A stretch of DNA of 64,000 nt. Origin: Bilabrum cf. latius (Eukaryota). Under the pieces are notes generated by a model. That model worked only from the letters and a program-made list of their open reading frames with translations. It was not told the origin of the DNA and did not search any database. This document shows, one piece after another, positions 24,601 through 36,975 of the stretch (the first letter of the stretch is position 1; the number at the start of each line of letters is the position of its first letter). The position numbers were made by a program, and so were the translations under genes. The stretch lies in the NCBI GenBank assembly GCA_965178125.1, contig OZ237737.1, positions 682,001 to 746,000 of the forward strand. The letters are read 5' to 3'.

Positions 24601-25917
24601 GTCCCGCAAGAGGCGCGTCAGCTTGGAGTCCCTGTAGGGCACGTGGCCCTGCTTCTCCACCAGCGAGGTGATGACCCGACCGAGGGTCAGCAGGCTCTGG
24701 TTGATGTTGCCCGCCTCCCTCAGCCTCTTGTCCTTGGCCCCGCTCCGGCCCACGCTCTCCGACCCGGCGAGGTCCACCAGGTGCAGCTTGCCCACCCGCA
24801 GCAGGTCCTCGCCCTCCACCGTCTTCTCCTTGGAGTGCGTCATGATGGTGAACACACCGTGCGAGCGGGAGGAAAAAGCGTTGCACTTGGTCTCTGCCAC
24901 CTGCCTCTTCTTGAGGGCCCTGCCCAGGTGCTCGAACACCTCCTCCGAGTTGTGCACCAGCTTCTCCTCGAGGTTCTGCACCACCACCACGCCCTTCTTG
25001 GCGTCCTCCACCAGCTTGAGGCGCTCAGCGGGGCGCTTGGCCTTGCGCGACATGTGGGGGTTGTACCCCGACCGGCCCGCCCCTCCCGCCGAGCTGCCCG
25101 CGGCGATGGGCTCGTCGGGTATGTCGTCCTGTCCCGCGGCCAGGAGGTCCGTCAGCTGCTCGTTGTACAGCTCCAGGTAGGAGATGCGCACGCTGTACTC
25201 GAATTGCCCGGCACCCTCGCCCTCGGACTTTGCCCGGCTCTCCAGGTGCTCGAAGATCGCGTTGATGCTCCTCGGGATGATGCCGGCGTTGGCCGAATCC
25301 GCAAGGTCGCCCTCCATCGTGAAGGTCTTGCCAGTACCAGTCTGGCCGTACTGCGTCGGAAGGAAAGACAAGAACATCATTCATGGAAAACTTGCTGTGG
25401 ATTGTATTCTATAGCCTTTGCGCAGACTACAGGCTCCAAGAAAAGCTCACCGCAAAGACAGTGGCGCTGTAGCCTTGCAGCACCTCGTCAATGGTCGGCT
25501 TCACGCACTCCTTAAAAATCTCCTCCTGCTTTGTGTACTGCCCGTACACTTGATCATACGCATACTGTTTTGTGAGCTTTGGGCCGGCGGCTGCTCCGCC
25601 AGTAGCCGCGCCACCAGCACCGGACGACGGGCGAACACCACCTATCTAGTTGCGAACGGTGACATTCTTCTTGCCACAGGTCACAATGACCGGCTCAGAC
25701 CGGGCAGCCTCCTATTTGTTCTATGGTCTGCGAAAAAGCAAGCTGCCTTGTATCGTTTGCTGGGTCGCTTGTGGTCGATCTACGTGATCTGCACCTCCCC
25801 GCGAAGCTGCTCAAGATCTCCGTGCAGCAAAACTCGAACTTCGACTCACCTACAACGAACGACGACACGAACTGGTACAGTGGTATCACCTGATCCCTTT
25901 GCAGAGGAATCACTCAT
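21688..25917 (-). CDS. Kinesin-5 (BimC/Eg5/KIF11-like) motor protein
   Basis: VRVVVRCRP, YGQTGTGKTFTMEG, SSRSH, LVDLAGSE, EAGNINQSLLTLGRVI, HVPYRDSKLTRLL, ARSKDGVHLP and a BimC-box-like PTGTTPAKR. Introns 25728-25849 and 25351-25450. TAGs at 25721, 25712, 25586, 22372; TGA at 21688. Confidence 0.92.
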
Positions 25918-26047
25918 GGCTAACCTGTGTGATTGCCACTCAAGTCTAGCCTGGCGTCCAAAAAACGGCTACGAAGCTTTGTAGCGTGTACAAACAGAGT
26001 TTTGCTCCGGCCTGTTTAGAATGTTCCCAAATTCATCAAACGGCAAG

Positions 26048-27079
26048 ATGGCGGGCGTTCCAGGAAGTGGTCCCAACCCAGATGCAATTGTCAGATCGTT
26101 TTTTGACGCCTACCATAAAGGTATGGCTGAGGGAGACAAGGGGGCGTGGTCAGCTGCCTACGTGAGTGCCACCACGCGGCCGGGAACGCGGTCTCGTGTT
26201 GCGCTCGATTGAAGCATTGCAGCACCACCAATTTCGTTGGCGTGCCAAGGTCGTATTCGCAGACAGACAAGGCGTTTCTCTCGTGGGACGGTTCGAACCA
26301 CAAGGATGCAGCTGGGGTTGGCGAGCTGGTCGGGAAAGTTGTGAGTGCCGAATTCAAAATGCAGGCCCTCTTGGCCCAGTCAATGCAGTGTCGAACGCGA
26401 TTTCTCGTAATTTGTGCGTTATACTAGAATATGCGATCACCCTGGGATTGTTTGCCGAGCACTAGACGTTTCGCAGGCCGGGCGGGGCAAGTTCCCAACC
26501 AAGCAGGAGCTTGTGACGGGACAGATGGTGAGCATGGGAGGCTTGCGAGCAGTTTTTGGGATGTGGACCGGCTAGATCAAGCTTGGTGAGCCCAAAGACA
26601 TGGAAGAGGCGGCCCTTGTGGTGCCAGGCGGCCGCCCCGGCGTCGCAGTGGCCATGAACCACGCGATGCGGACTAGCGACGGCAGCGCCAAACTGAACTT
26701 CGGCAAGTCTCCTGCCATGGATTTCATCAAGAAGTACTACGACATCCTGGACAACAAGACCGGCGAGGAGCGCGCCAACGCCCTCAAGCCCCTGTACACC
26801 CCCGGCTCCCAGATGACGTACGAGGGCAAGATTTTCGCGGGCGAGGACCTGCTCGAGCAGCTCGTCAAGCTGCCCCCCTTCCGCAGGAAGCCAGGGACTC
26901 TGGACGCACAGCCCGTGAATGCCGACAGCTACATTATCTTCGTGCGCGGGGAGGTGCTCGCCAAGGGCATGGACCACCCGTTCAAGTACGCGCACGCTTT
27001 CCTCATGGTCAAGGCGCCAGCGGGGAGCCCAGCCGGCCTGACGCACATCATCGCAAACGAGATCTTCTCCCTGAACTGA
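26048..27079 (+). CDS. Tandem NTF2-domain protein
   Basis: Two NTF2-like units (SFFDAYH...AY/TDKAFLSWDG and DFIKKYYDILD...LYTPGSQMTYEG...TLDAQP...IANEIFSLN). Introns 26162-26262 and 26341-26476; TAG at 26573; ends TGA. Confidence 0.8.
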
Positions 27080-27344
27080 AGTGTGGCAAATCGAAATGAG
27101 ATCGGTCAATGGATTCTCAGCTGCTATTCAGCCACGCAGTCCAACTTGGAGCACGGGGCAGCTCGCCCCCACCCTCCACGACAAATAACACGCAAGCACT
27201 CAATCGTTGGGCGCATCGCCCCAACCCCCCACCGCTCCACTCGGGACATGTGCGGATGTTGAACCTCTCGGTGGCGCATGGGCGCGACCACAGGTCACTT
27301 CGCGCTTTATCCCCTAGATGCATGGAGGCGACTAGATCTACAGT

Positions 27345-29237
27345 TCATTTCCCTGCCGAGGCCTTGCCCTTGGGCTTCCCGGTGGGTTTGCCTGTGGGCT
27401 TGCCAGAGGCCACTGCCCCGCCTGCTCCTGCTCCTGCTCCTGCTCCTTTGGGCTTGGCCACCTGCTGCGGATCTGACTCTTCCGCCTCGGCGGCGGTGCC
27501 CTCCTCTTTCCCTGCGCTCGGCTTCTTGCCCTTGTCCTCCTTGGGCTTGGGCTTGGGCTTGGCCCTGCCGCTGGCGGCCTCCGCTGCGATGCCGCCACTG
27601 CTGCTTCTTACCCCGTCAGCCAGCTTGCCACCCATCATCGCCCGGCCCTCCGTCTTTGACCTACGCAGCTTAGGGGGCGCTGCCTCGCTGCTGCCAGCGG
27701 CACCCACTGCTGGCAACAAGGCACCAGCATCGGCTCCAGCGCCCCCGCCGCCCAGATCGCTCGAACCAGAGTCCGTGGCAGGCGCCGCCGTCGCCATCCG
27801 CCTCAGCTCCCCCGGTCCCGCGGTACGAGCCGAAGTCAGTCCCCTCCTACCCCCCTTGGTGGAGCGACGCCTGGAGGACTGCGCAGCCCGCGCCCTCTCC
27901 TCGAAGGCCCGCCGAACGTCCTGCACGTCGCGGTGAGCCGCGGCCCCTGTGACGAGCTCGCCCGTGGCTCCGTCGGACCCCCTGTGCAGGTGCCTGCTCT
28001 TCTGGACCTTCACCTCCCCCCATTTGGAGGGCTGCTCCTTGCGGCTCTGAAGCATTTCCTCCTGCTTGCGCCGCTGTTCCTGCGCCCGCTTGGCCGCCTG
28101 CTCTAGGTTCACGAAGCTCTCCCTGGACTCGAGGAAGAGGCGCTGGGCCTCGTTCAGCTGCTCCCGCGGGACCTTCCTGAGGTACTGCACGGCTCTTCGA
28201 ATGGCCCTCCTGCCCTTTTTGGAGCGGTCCCCGCTGGCCATGGACTGCTGCGCTGCTTTGAGCAGCCTGTCGGCCTCCTCGGCGGTGACCTCCTCATTCT
28301 CCTCCTCGTCTTCAGGCTCGCCATCCTGCCCACCCTCCTCTTCCTCCTCCTCCTCCTCCACTTCCTCTTCCACTTCCTCTTCCTCTTGCACTTCCTCTTC
28401 CTTTTCCACTCCCTCTTCCTCGCCCACTTCCTCTTCCACTTCCTCTCCCTCGCCCACTTCCTCTTCCACTTCCTCTCCCTCGCCCACTATCTCCTCCTCC
28501 TTGTCCTAGCCGCCTTGCTCCGTTACTTCTGCAGCAGCCAAGTCGTCATCAACCACACCGGCACTTGTCCCCGCATCCTCGGCTTCGCCGCCTGCTGCTC
28601 CTGTCTCTGATTCAGTCGTCTGATCATCTCCCGTAGCATTGCCAGGACCATCACCAGATCCATCCCCCTACGATTCAGAACCATCAGCCCCCTCTGCGTC
28701 CCCCTGGGCCTCTGCCGGCTCGTCCCCAGCAGCAGCAACATCCAGGCCAACGGCCATAGTGGTCACAGCATCGCCTTGCTCGCCGTCACTTCCTTGCTCA
28801 GGCGCTGTCGCAGTGCCTGCTGTGGCATTGGCTCCACTATGATTATCGTCTTTGTCTTGATCTCCATCACCGGTTGATACTTCGCCATCCTGCCCAGGCA
28901 ATGAAGGCCCGTCTGCAGGCGCGCCGGCCTCAGTATTCCCGTGGCTGGACGTAGTACCCTCCATTGCTGAACCGGCCCCCTAGTTAGCAGTAGACCGATC
29001 TACTGAGTTCGGGTTGCGGTCATTATCTATTGCGCTGTGGCCTTCAGAAGACGTAGCTTTCGCGGCGAGATCTCGTGGCGATCTGTCGCCGGAGTCGGTA
29101 TTCTCCTGCACCTTCACCTGCTCAACCTGCACCGCAGAACGCTCGTCTTTATTGATAGTACGCGCATCGGATGCGCTGTCCAACTTGTTGCCTCCAGCAA
29201 CGGGCTTCGGCGAAGCTGGCTGCGGTGGTCGCATCAT
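27345..29237 (-). CDS. Hypothetical low-complexity protein with Glu-rich tract
   Basis: Same-frame ORFs joined by TAG at 28980, 28668 and 28506. Contains imperfect 30-bp repeats encoding VGEGEEVEEE. TGA at 27345. Confidence 0.7.
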
Positions 29238-29523
29238 GGCAAAGCATACGGTATTTGGTCTCTTCAGCGCCTACGGTGACGTTTTGCATCAGAACGCCCA
29301 AATTTCATAACTTACAGCATTTTGTTCTGCTACATTCGGAGAAGAGGCTCCACAGCCCATTGCTGGTTGGGTAGTGCGCGCAGTTGCCCTTAGTGCGCGT
29401 CGGCGGCTTAATTCGAACGCAACAAAAATGTGGGCCAAAATAAATCAGAGCTATCCACAAGGGAGTACAACCGCCGTATCTATAAACCTACGGCTATTTT
29501 GTGGTGAATTGGTACGCATTCAA

Positions 29524-32500
29524 ATGCGATCTGGATAGGTCCGTAGATTGACCCGGCTGCTGCGCCGAGGTCGCGCCGAGAGGCTGACTGCCCGGGGCAC
29601 TAGACCTCGAGCGCGTGAACCCGAGGCAGAAACCGGCCACCTGAGTGGTCCAAGATCACTGTCAGGAGCTCCCGCCACAGAATCCTTTGCCAGTGGATCA
29701 AAAAAGTATCCTACGGTATCAGTGTCTCGAGTAGCCGATGCATCTGGCCATAAGCTTGAAGGCGGTGAACCTGGTCGCGGAGCTGGTGCCCCCAGCCGCC
29801 GGCAGATGGCTACAGCAGCTTCAGCGCAGATTCGAAGAGCAAATCTTGACGCTGCGCAGAGAAGAGTCGCTGCTGAAGGGATGGTACTGCGAATGAACGA
29901 CTAGGTATCGAATCGCGTCAGAGTGCCCCGTGGGGATGACTTCAGCCCATCGCAGCTGGCAGCAGAGTCGAAGCGGCGAAAAGAGCTCATGCAGATCCGG
30001 CAGATGCAAATTGACGAGGATGCTGCCTTTGATCGGTTCGTGGATGCGTGGCTGCGAGAGCGCTTGCGCCAGTACAAGCTCAGGAAGCAGTTCGATGACG
30101 GCTGCAAGGAGCTGCTCGAGCAGCAGGCCAAGGCTGGTGTGCCTGGCCTAGGGTACTCCAGACCGGCAGGTACTGACGCTATGCCCCTAGAGCTAAACGA
30201 CGAGCAACTCGAGCAGCTGGCTGGCTTGGTGTACGAGTCGGGTGGGGTGCAGCCCGAGATGGACATGACGGAGGAGACCGCCGAGCAGGCCGGCCTCAAC
30301 CCTGACGATCCGCCGATCAAGCAGCTCGCCATGGGCCTGGAGGCGGGTGCCCGCATAGAGGAGGGCATGGCAGAGGATTCAGACGTGGAGGACATCCCCG
30401 TGAGCGCCAACCTGGCGGCCGCGCGCGCCCTCCACGACATGGTGAGGGCGGAGAGGGACGGGGCGCCCTTCCGGTTCGATTTCAAGATCACGGCCCACCA
30501 AGGGGACAAGGAGGCCAACAAGATTCCCGAAGGTGCCTCAGTACCCATGCGGCTGCTGTTCCCGGACAGGTTCGCCGAGTCCAGCTCGCCCGCTGGCCGG
30601 GAGCTGACAGAGAAAGACATCCCCAGCGTGATCGCCGTGGATCCCTTCCTGGCGGGCAGGCGCTTCTCCGAGGACCAGGTGCAGTCCGTTGCAGTGGCGG
30701 GCGAGGGCGCGGCGGGCGACTAGGGAAGGTTTGCCGAGGACGCGGCTGCGACGTATCCCCCCACGAGCGAGGCGCGAAACCCGCACCCCACGGAGGACCC
30801 GGCCGTGCTCAAGCACTGGGAGCAGGGCGAGGACGGGGACGTCACCACGGCGACATCGGCCGATGGAGTGAAGAACCTGGATGCCGTGAATGCCGGCAGG
30901 GTTGAGCTGGAGGAGCAGAGCGAGGGCAGCGAGGACTCGGACGGTTCACCGCTGGACTCGAGGGCCGTGATGGACCAGTACGTGGACTGGCACGAGCAGA
31001 GGCAGGACAAAGCCGACGTGCTTGCCATGGATGACGGCACCTCCACCCTCAAGTTCCACCACGAGCGCAAGGAGGGCAAGAAGGTGCAGCTGCCCCCTCG
31101 CCTGCGCCTCAAGGGCCTTCTCGAGAGCCAGCGGCCGGACCTCGCCAAGATCAGGGCTGCGTGGATCCTCGAGTCGGGCAGGGATCCCGTCCCCGACCAC
31201 AAGCACCTCATGCGGGAGGTGGCCGCCCCCCCGCTGGGCGAGGAGGCCTTCGAGGCGCTGCGGATGGGCGCGGACGTCAGGGGCAAGCAGGGGTCATGGG
31301 AGCCGAGGGACCACAGGCTGGCGCTGCCGGGCGCGCTGCGGGACACTCACAAGCAGGAGAGGAACAACGCTATCGCCTCGGTGAGGGTGGAACTGGAGCG
31401 CACGCAGGGCACTCTGCTGCCGAACGGCCTGCCCATGGACATGCTGGCGAGCGAGAGGCGGATGGCGCCGGACAGCCCGCTCGTGCGAGCGGACGAGCAC
31501 CTCAGGGCGGAAGCCGCCAAGCGGGGCACTGTGGAGCACAACCAACTGGCACAAGCCGACCGCACGCTGATGCTGCAGCACGACAAGCAGGGTCTGCAGG
31601 AGTATCTCAGCATGCTTGAGCTGGGCCGTGTGCTTGAGCCGTACGAGCCGAGCAGGACTGACACTGAAGGCGTGCACGCTGCCCGCCGCAGGGAACAGGA
31701 GGTTGGCCCCTTGGAAGTGGAGAAGAAGGCCATGCAGGACGTCGCTGGGCTGGACCAGGTGCCCGAGGTGGCTGCCGTGGGAGGGGGCCAGCAGGCCATG
31801 TACCTGACCTTGGCCTCGGTCATGAAGCCAGGCCCTCAAGGTGAGCTATCCATCGGTGATGGCAAGTTCGTGAACTTTGACCACGCACTCGTGGACACAG
31901 AGAAGAAGGGGTGGTTCAGAGAGAGGGTGCTGGCTGCCGCGGAGAAGCTCGGCATGTCGCCGCAGAATGTAGAGCAGCTGCTGGACTCCACGGCAGACCC
32001 CGCCAGAGTGAGCGGTTTGCTCGAGTACCTAGAGTTCCAGGAGAAAGGCATGACAACGATCGATGCGTGGACCAAGGCCCACGGGTCCGACCGCGTGCCG
32101 GAGGCTGGTTTCGGTGAGTTTAGCAGCCAGGAGGACCGCAGGCGCTTCCAGAAAGACCTGGAGCAGGCCGTGTTCCGCGGGGCGCTGGCCAACAGCGAGG
32201 AGAAACGCGTGCACAACCGGCCCCTGATCGAGGCGATTGAGGCGCAGCGGTCGCGGTTTGCCGTGGCAGATGAGGGCAAGTCTGCGGAAGAGCTGGCGGG
32301 GACATCGTCGACCAGCGGGTCTGCCGCAGACTAGAAGGACCAGGCGGCAGCTTCCGCGAGGGAGGAGGCCACCAGGACCAACTATGACTACACCGTGCGC
32401 AGGCTGCGCGGCATCGTCGACGACCTTGCTGACGGTGCCACGGAGCAGGAGGAGCAGCTCCGGCGCGTGGCTCAGAAGCTGCTGCAGGGACTGCCCGCCT

Positions 32501-35500
32501 AGGCGGAGAAGGCTGCTGCCGACGACATGGACGAGCTACAGAGGCGCCTGCGCAAGATCGTGCTGAATGCCACGGCGGATCTCGAGACTGTGATGGGTCG
32601 GCGTCAGATCTCTGACCTGGCCCTGTCGAAGCTAACGGGCGCCTCCTTCCTCGGGGGCGGCGAGCAGCCACCAACGGGGGAGCTGCTGCGTAAGCTGTAC
32701 AGCGGTGGAGAGATGCTTAAGTCTACGCCGCGCCTGGGAGCGTACCAGAAGGCCGCTGAGGCTCACGCCAAGGCCTTGCACGCCAGCGAGATGCGCGCGC
32801 TGGCCGAGGAGCAGCAGGCCGGCGTGCTCGAACCCGGCAGGACCGAGCTGATCCGCACGGAGGTCGAGCACGACGGGGTCACGATTGAGGTTGACGTGCC
32901 CAAGTACGCGGTGCGCCCTGCTGTGGAGGATCCTTTCCAGGGGCCGCTGCTTGGCGGATCTGGGGCGGGGTTGGGGCCAAAGGGCCAGGAGGCAATCCGT
33001 GCTGCAATGGACTCGATGCTGGAGCATGCTGACCTGGCCGAGCTCAAGGAGACGACTGGTCTGACAGAAGAGCAGCTACGCAACGCTGAATTTATGACGC
33101 CAGAGGAAATCTAGAGCCTCAGCCCAGAGCAGAGGCAGCATCGCCAAGAAATGTTGGCGTCTCTTCTCGCATAGATGGAGTCCGACTCTGGCGTGTCTGA
33201 TTTGCAGGGCATGCTCGATCTGCTGCACCTCGGCCGCGATTCGTTCGAGCCAGCAGAGGTGCCTGGTGCGCCAGACATACTGTCGAAAGACCCTTCGATC
33301 GATCGCGTCGCTGACAGCAACCCCGCCGCAGCCTACGACGGGCAGTGGAAGGACGAGCTTCGTGCAGAGCTGCTCACTGGCTCGACTGGATTCCTGCCGT
33401 ATCCCATGGGCAACAAGTTTGCACCCCCGGATGTGCGCGAGCTAGATGGCAAACCCGGTGACAAAGCGCCCGAGCCCAAGGACGACTCGTCAATTGCTAT
33501 CCATAGCGAGCGAGTGTGGCTGGACAAGCTTCTAGCAAAGCTCGACGCGGAGGGCAAGGGGCACATGAAGGCAGCGGTTCGGCTGGTGGTAGGGCGGCGC
33601 TTCGACCGCTTGCGTATGCAGCGGAGGGTGCGTGACTACTGGAGGGCAGAGGCAGAGAGTGCGCTGCAGTAGCTGCTCGAGGACAACCAATTTCAGCTCC
33701 TGCGCGACGGCATCAATCCATCTATCTTCCACAAAGCCTTGTTTTCGGTGCCAATGGATGGAGCCGTACCGTACGGCCTGAGCTCTATCGGGATCCAGAC
33801 AGACAGCGAGGTACTCAAGTTCGAGGTGCGCAAGCACATGCAGGCCGGATCTGAGTCGGAATCTGACGGTGGAGGGCTAGTTGGGTTCACTGATGAGTCG
33901 GCCGAGGCTGTGTCAGCTGCCGCGCAGGTTGCCAAGGCCCTGAACATTGCGCAGGATGAGGCGCTCCAGCGTGACCTTGCCCTCATGTTTGGAAGCACCC
34001 CGGAGGCACGCAAAGCCATTCGTGAGGTTCTGGGCGAGATGGTCGGTGGCGAGTCTGCTGGATTCGAAGGTAGCGGTACCGGGGGTACAGACGCTGCCGC
34101 CGAGGGCGCGCTGGCTGCTGCTGCAGACGGCGAAGACGCCACGCCGACCGGCAGCGAGGAGAATCCCTTCGATCGAGAGAGTGAGGATGAGTTCGTGCCG
34201 TACATGCGCCTGTATGAAGACCTTGCTGGCATTGGTGAAGTGAGCAGAGAGGGCAGGCGATTGGAGGGGTGGGGAGCGGCAGTGCAGGCGTCCTCCGTTG
34301 GCCATTCGGCTGAGAGCGTGCTGGACCTGCACGGGCCGCAGGATCCCAACCCCGAGCACGCCGGCAGGCTCGACCTCGCCCACCCAGATCACCCCGAAGT
34401 GATTGGGCCCCAGCCTGGGGTGCACCACAACCTGAGAAAGTACCAGGTTGACCCGAGCCTGGATGTTTTCATTACCACGCCTGACGAGTTCGGCGATCCG
34501 GCGGTGATGACGGCCATTGGTTCCGGATCTGCCGAGGATTTCGCGAAGAACCTGACGAGAAAGGGGACGACCAAGGCGGTTGACGCGTCAGTGCGGGAGC
34601 TTCGGATGGAGGATGCAGACAAAGCGCAGTTCGAGGCGAATACTCTTGAATCGATGCTTCCGGTGCACTTGCAGGGCATCAAGCACATGGCGGCTGCCCT
34701 GCAGGAAGCGGCGTCGAAGCTGTCAGACGATGAAAAGGCGCTGATTGGCATGGAGTCCGAGGGCCTGGACGAAATCGAGAACCTGAACAGCAAGGTTGCG
34801 GAGTACACGTCCAAGGTGACCGCCGGCCTTGCCGAGGGCAAGACTTACGCGGAAGTGTTTGAAGAGGTAGGCCCATTCGAGACTGGTCATGACCGTTCCT
34901 TTGACGATAGGAGAGCCGAGTTCGAGGCAGAGGCGCTCAAGGGCACAACCTTTGACAACATAGTGATCGGTCTGCAGCCTGATACGACTGGAGAGGACCC
35001 CGACGACGAGTCTCCCACGGCTGAGGAACAGGACGAGATTGACGCCGTGCGGCAAATGGATGCGGCAGAGCGTGATGAGTACATTCTCAAGGCTCAGAAG
35101 GAAGGAACAGGGTACTGGGGTCGCATGCACAAGCGAAAAACCAAGGGAAGCAGCGAGAAGCAGGCCCCTGCGCAGGCTGTCACGTATCCGGAGCCCAGCG
35201 AGGAGCTCGCAGCCGCGCTTAACAGCCTCTCGAAGCACCTGTCCGAGTACGAGTCCAAGCATGGCATTGACTTTGCTCAAACCGGCGTGAACAAGATCAT
35301 TATGCAGGCGTACATCCCTGAGGAATCTGAGGATCAGGCCGTGCGAAATGCCCTCAAGGCGTTCGGTCTCGGCTCGGATGCCACCGAGTAGGAGAAGCAG
35401 ACTGCTTTGCTTGTGTACAAGTCAAGGAATCCCAAGTACGTGGACGCTTGCATGCGCGGGATCATGCAAGGGGAGCAGCAGTCTGCATACTTGTACGGCG

Positions 35501-36846
35501 ATATTGCCGCATCAGCCATAGCGCAGCAGGCGCAAGCTGGCGACGACATGGTGTTGAGTGACATGCCGATGAACTCTGCGGATGAGTCAGAGCAGGAGAG
35601 GATAAACTAGTACATGGATCTGCGGCCCCATGGCATCGCGCCCAACAAGGGGTACTATGACGACGGGCCCGATTCACTGCTGACTGTGGAGGACGGCAGT
35701 CTGCTTGACAAGCTCACCAGGGGCATGAACGGCGGCTACCAGCGACGCATGGAGTGCCCGGATGACTTGCATCATTCGAGGCACTACACTCCCTACCACT
35801 TCCGTCTGCTAGAGGCCATGCACCACCATGATTTGGACGCTGTGCTCATGATGTGGAAGCACCACAACAGGGACGTTGGGCCGAAGGATGAGCCGGACTG
35901 GCTCGGGTACAACATCGTGCTGGATGCATGCGCTCGTGCCAAGCAACTCGCGCCCATGCAGATGGTCATCGAGGACCTCTTCATGCGGAACGTGACACCA
36001 ACTCACGAGCACTACTCGCTCATGCTCAAGGGCGCGGTGCTGGCTGAAAGGCGTGACATGGCTGAGTCCCTCTTCCAGCGCATGAAGACCAACAACATCT
36101 CTCCGAACGTGCACGACTTCGCCGCTATGATCTCTATGCACGTGAACGAGGGCAGGTATGAAGCGGCGTATGCCACGTACAACGCGATGAAGGCGCAGAG
36201 GGTACGGCCGAACACCCACGTGTTCTGGATCATGATGCGCAAGGCGATCGAGGACAAGCGAGCAGACCACCTGCACTACCTGTGGAGAACTCTGCGGCTG
36301 ACCCCGCAGGTCAAGCCCCCGGCCGAGATGTTTGACAGTCTGATCAACGCCTTTGCGGATCTGGGACAGTTCGAGGACCTTTGGGATACGTTCTAGACGA
36401 TGCGAGAGAGCCGGTACGGCAGGCTGGTGCCATCGCCTCAGACCATGGTTCTGATCTTCAACGAGCTAGTCTCGCAGAAACGCTACACCGAAGCTAGGGA
36501 GATGCGGCGAATCTTCAAGGGGGCCGGCTACTTCAACTCTGGTGCCGTCCGCGCACAGGACATGGATGCGATAATTCGTTCCTTCGACGATGCCGAGGAA
36601 GCCGCCGCCATCGCTGAGCGAGCGAGAGTTGAGAAGCGGGAGCCGTCCGTGTACTCGAGGACTTACCTGCCTGAGACCCCCGAGGAGCTTCAGCAGATGG
36701 AGTTTGCAGAGGAGCAGGCCGAAAGGTACAAGTACGGCATGCTGGTGAACGACCAGGATGCCCTCCGCATGGTGAATGACAAGTTGGGAGACGATGATGC
36801 GATGGAATTGAGTGACGGCAGCGACTCCGACGGAGCCCGGCAGTGA
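29524..36846 (+). CDS. Very large (~2440 aa) pentatricopeptide-repeat protein, probably mitochondrial
   Basis: Nine same-frame ORFs linked only by TAG. Arg-rich N-terminus MRSG(Q)VRRLTRLLRRG. PPR motifs at 35890-36520 (PDWLGYNIVLDACAR, PNVHDFAAMISMH, AYATYNAMKAQRVRPN). TGA at 36844-36846. Confidence 0.8.
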
Positions 36847-36975
36847 GCCTGCGTTTCGCCGCCAAGTTCAAGTTTGATTTGAATTCATTCAAATAATGAA
36901 TAGATTTGGTACTTGTTTCGAAACCTTCGATTGCTTGGATCCGAACGTGACGACCGGGGCGGACTTATCCGCTCG

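Noticed and set aside
22300-25515. Long antisense and alternate-frame ORFs over kinesin-5 and other genes
   Set aside because: These are shadow ORFs expected from high GC and codon bias, with no recognisable motifs.
25712-25727. Kinesin VRCRP(TAG)N could suggest UAG=Leu, since homologues often have RPLN
   Set aside because: That column is variable, and several far more conserved columns indicate Gln.
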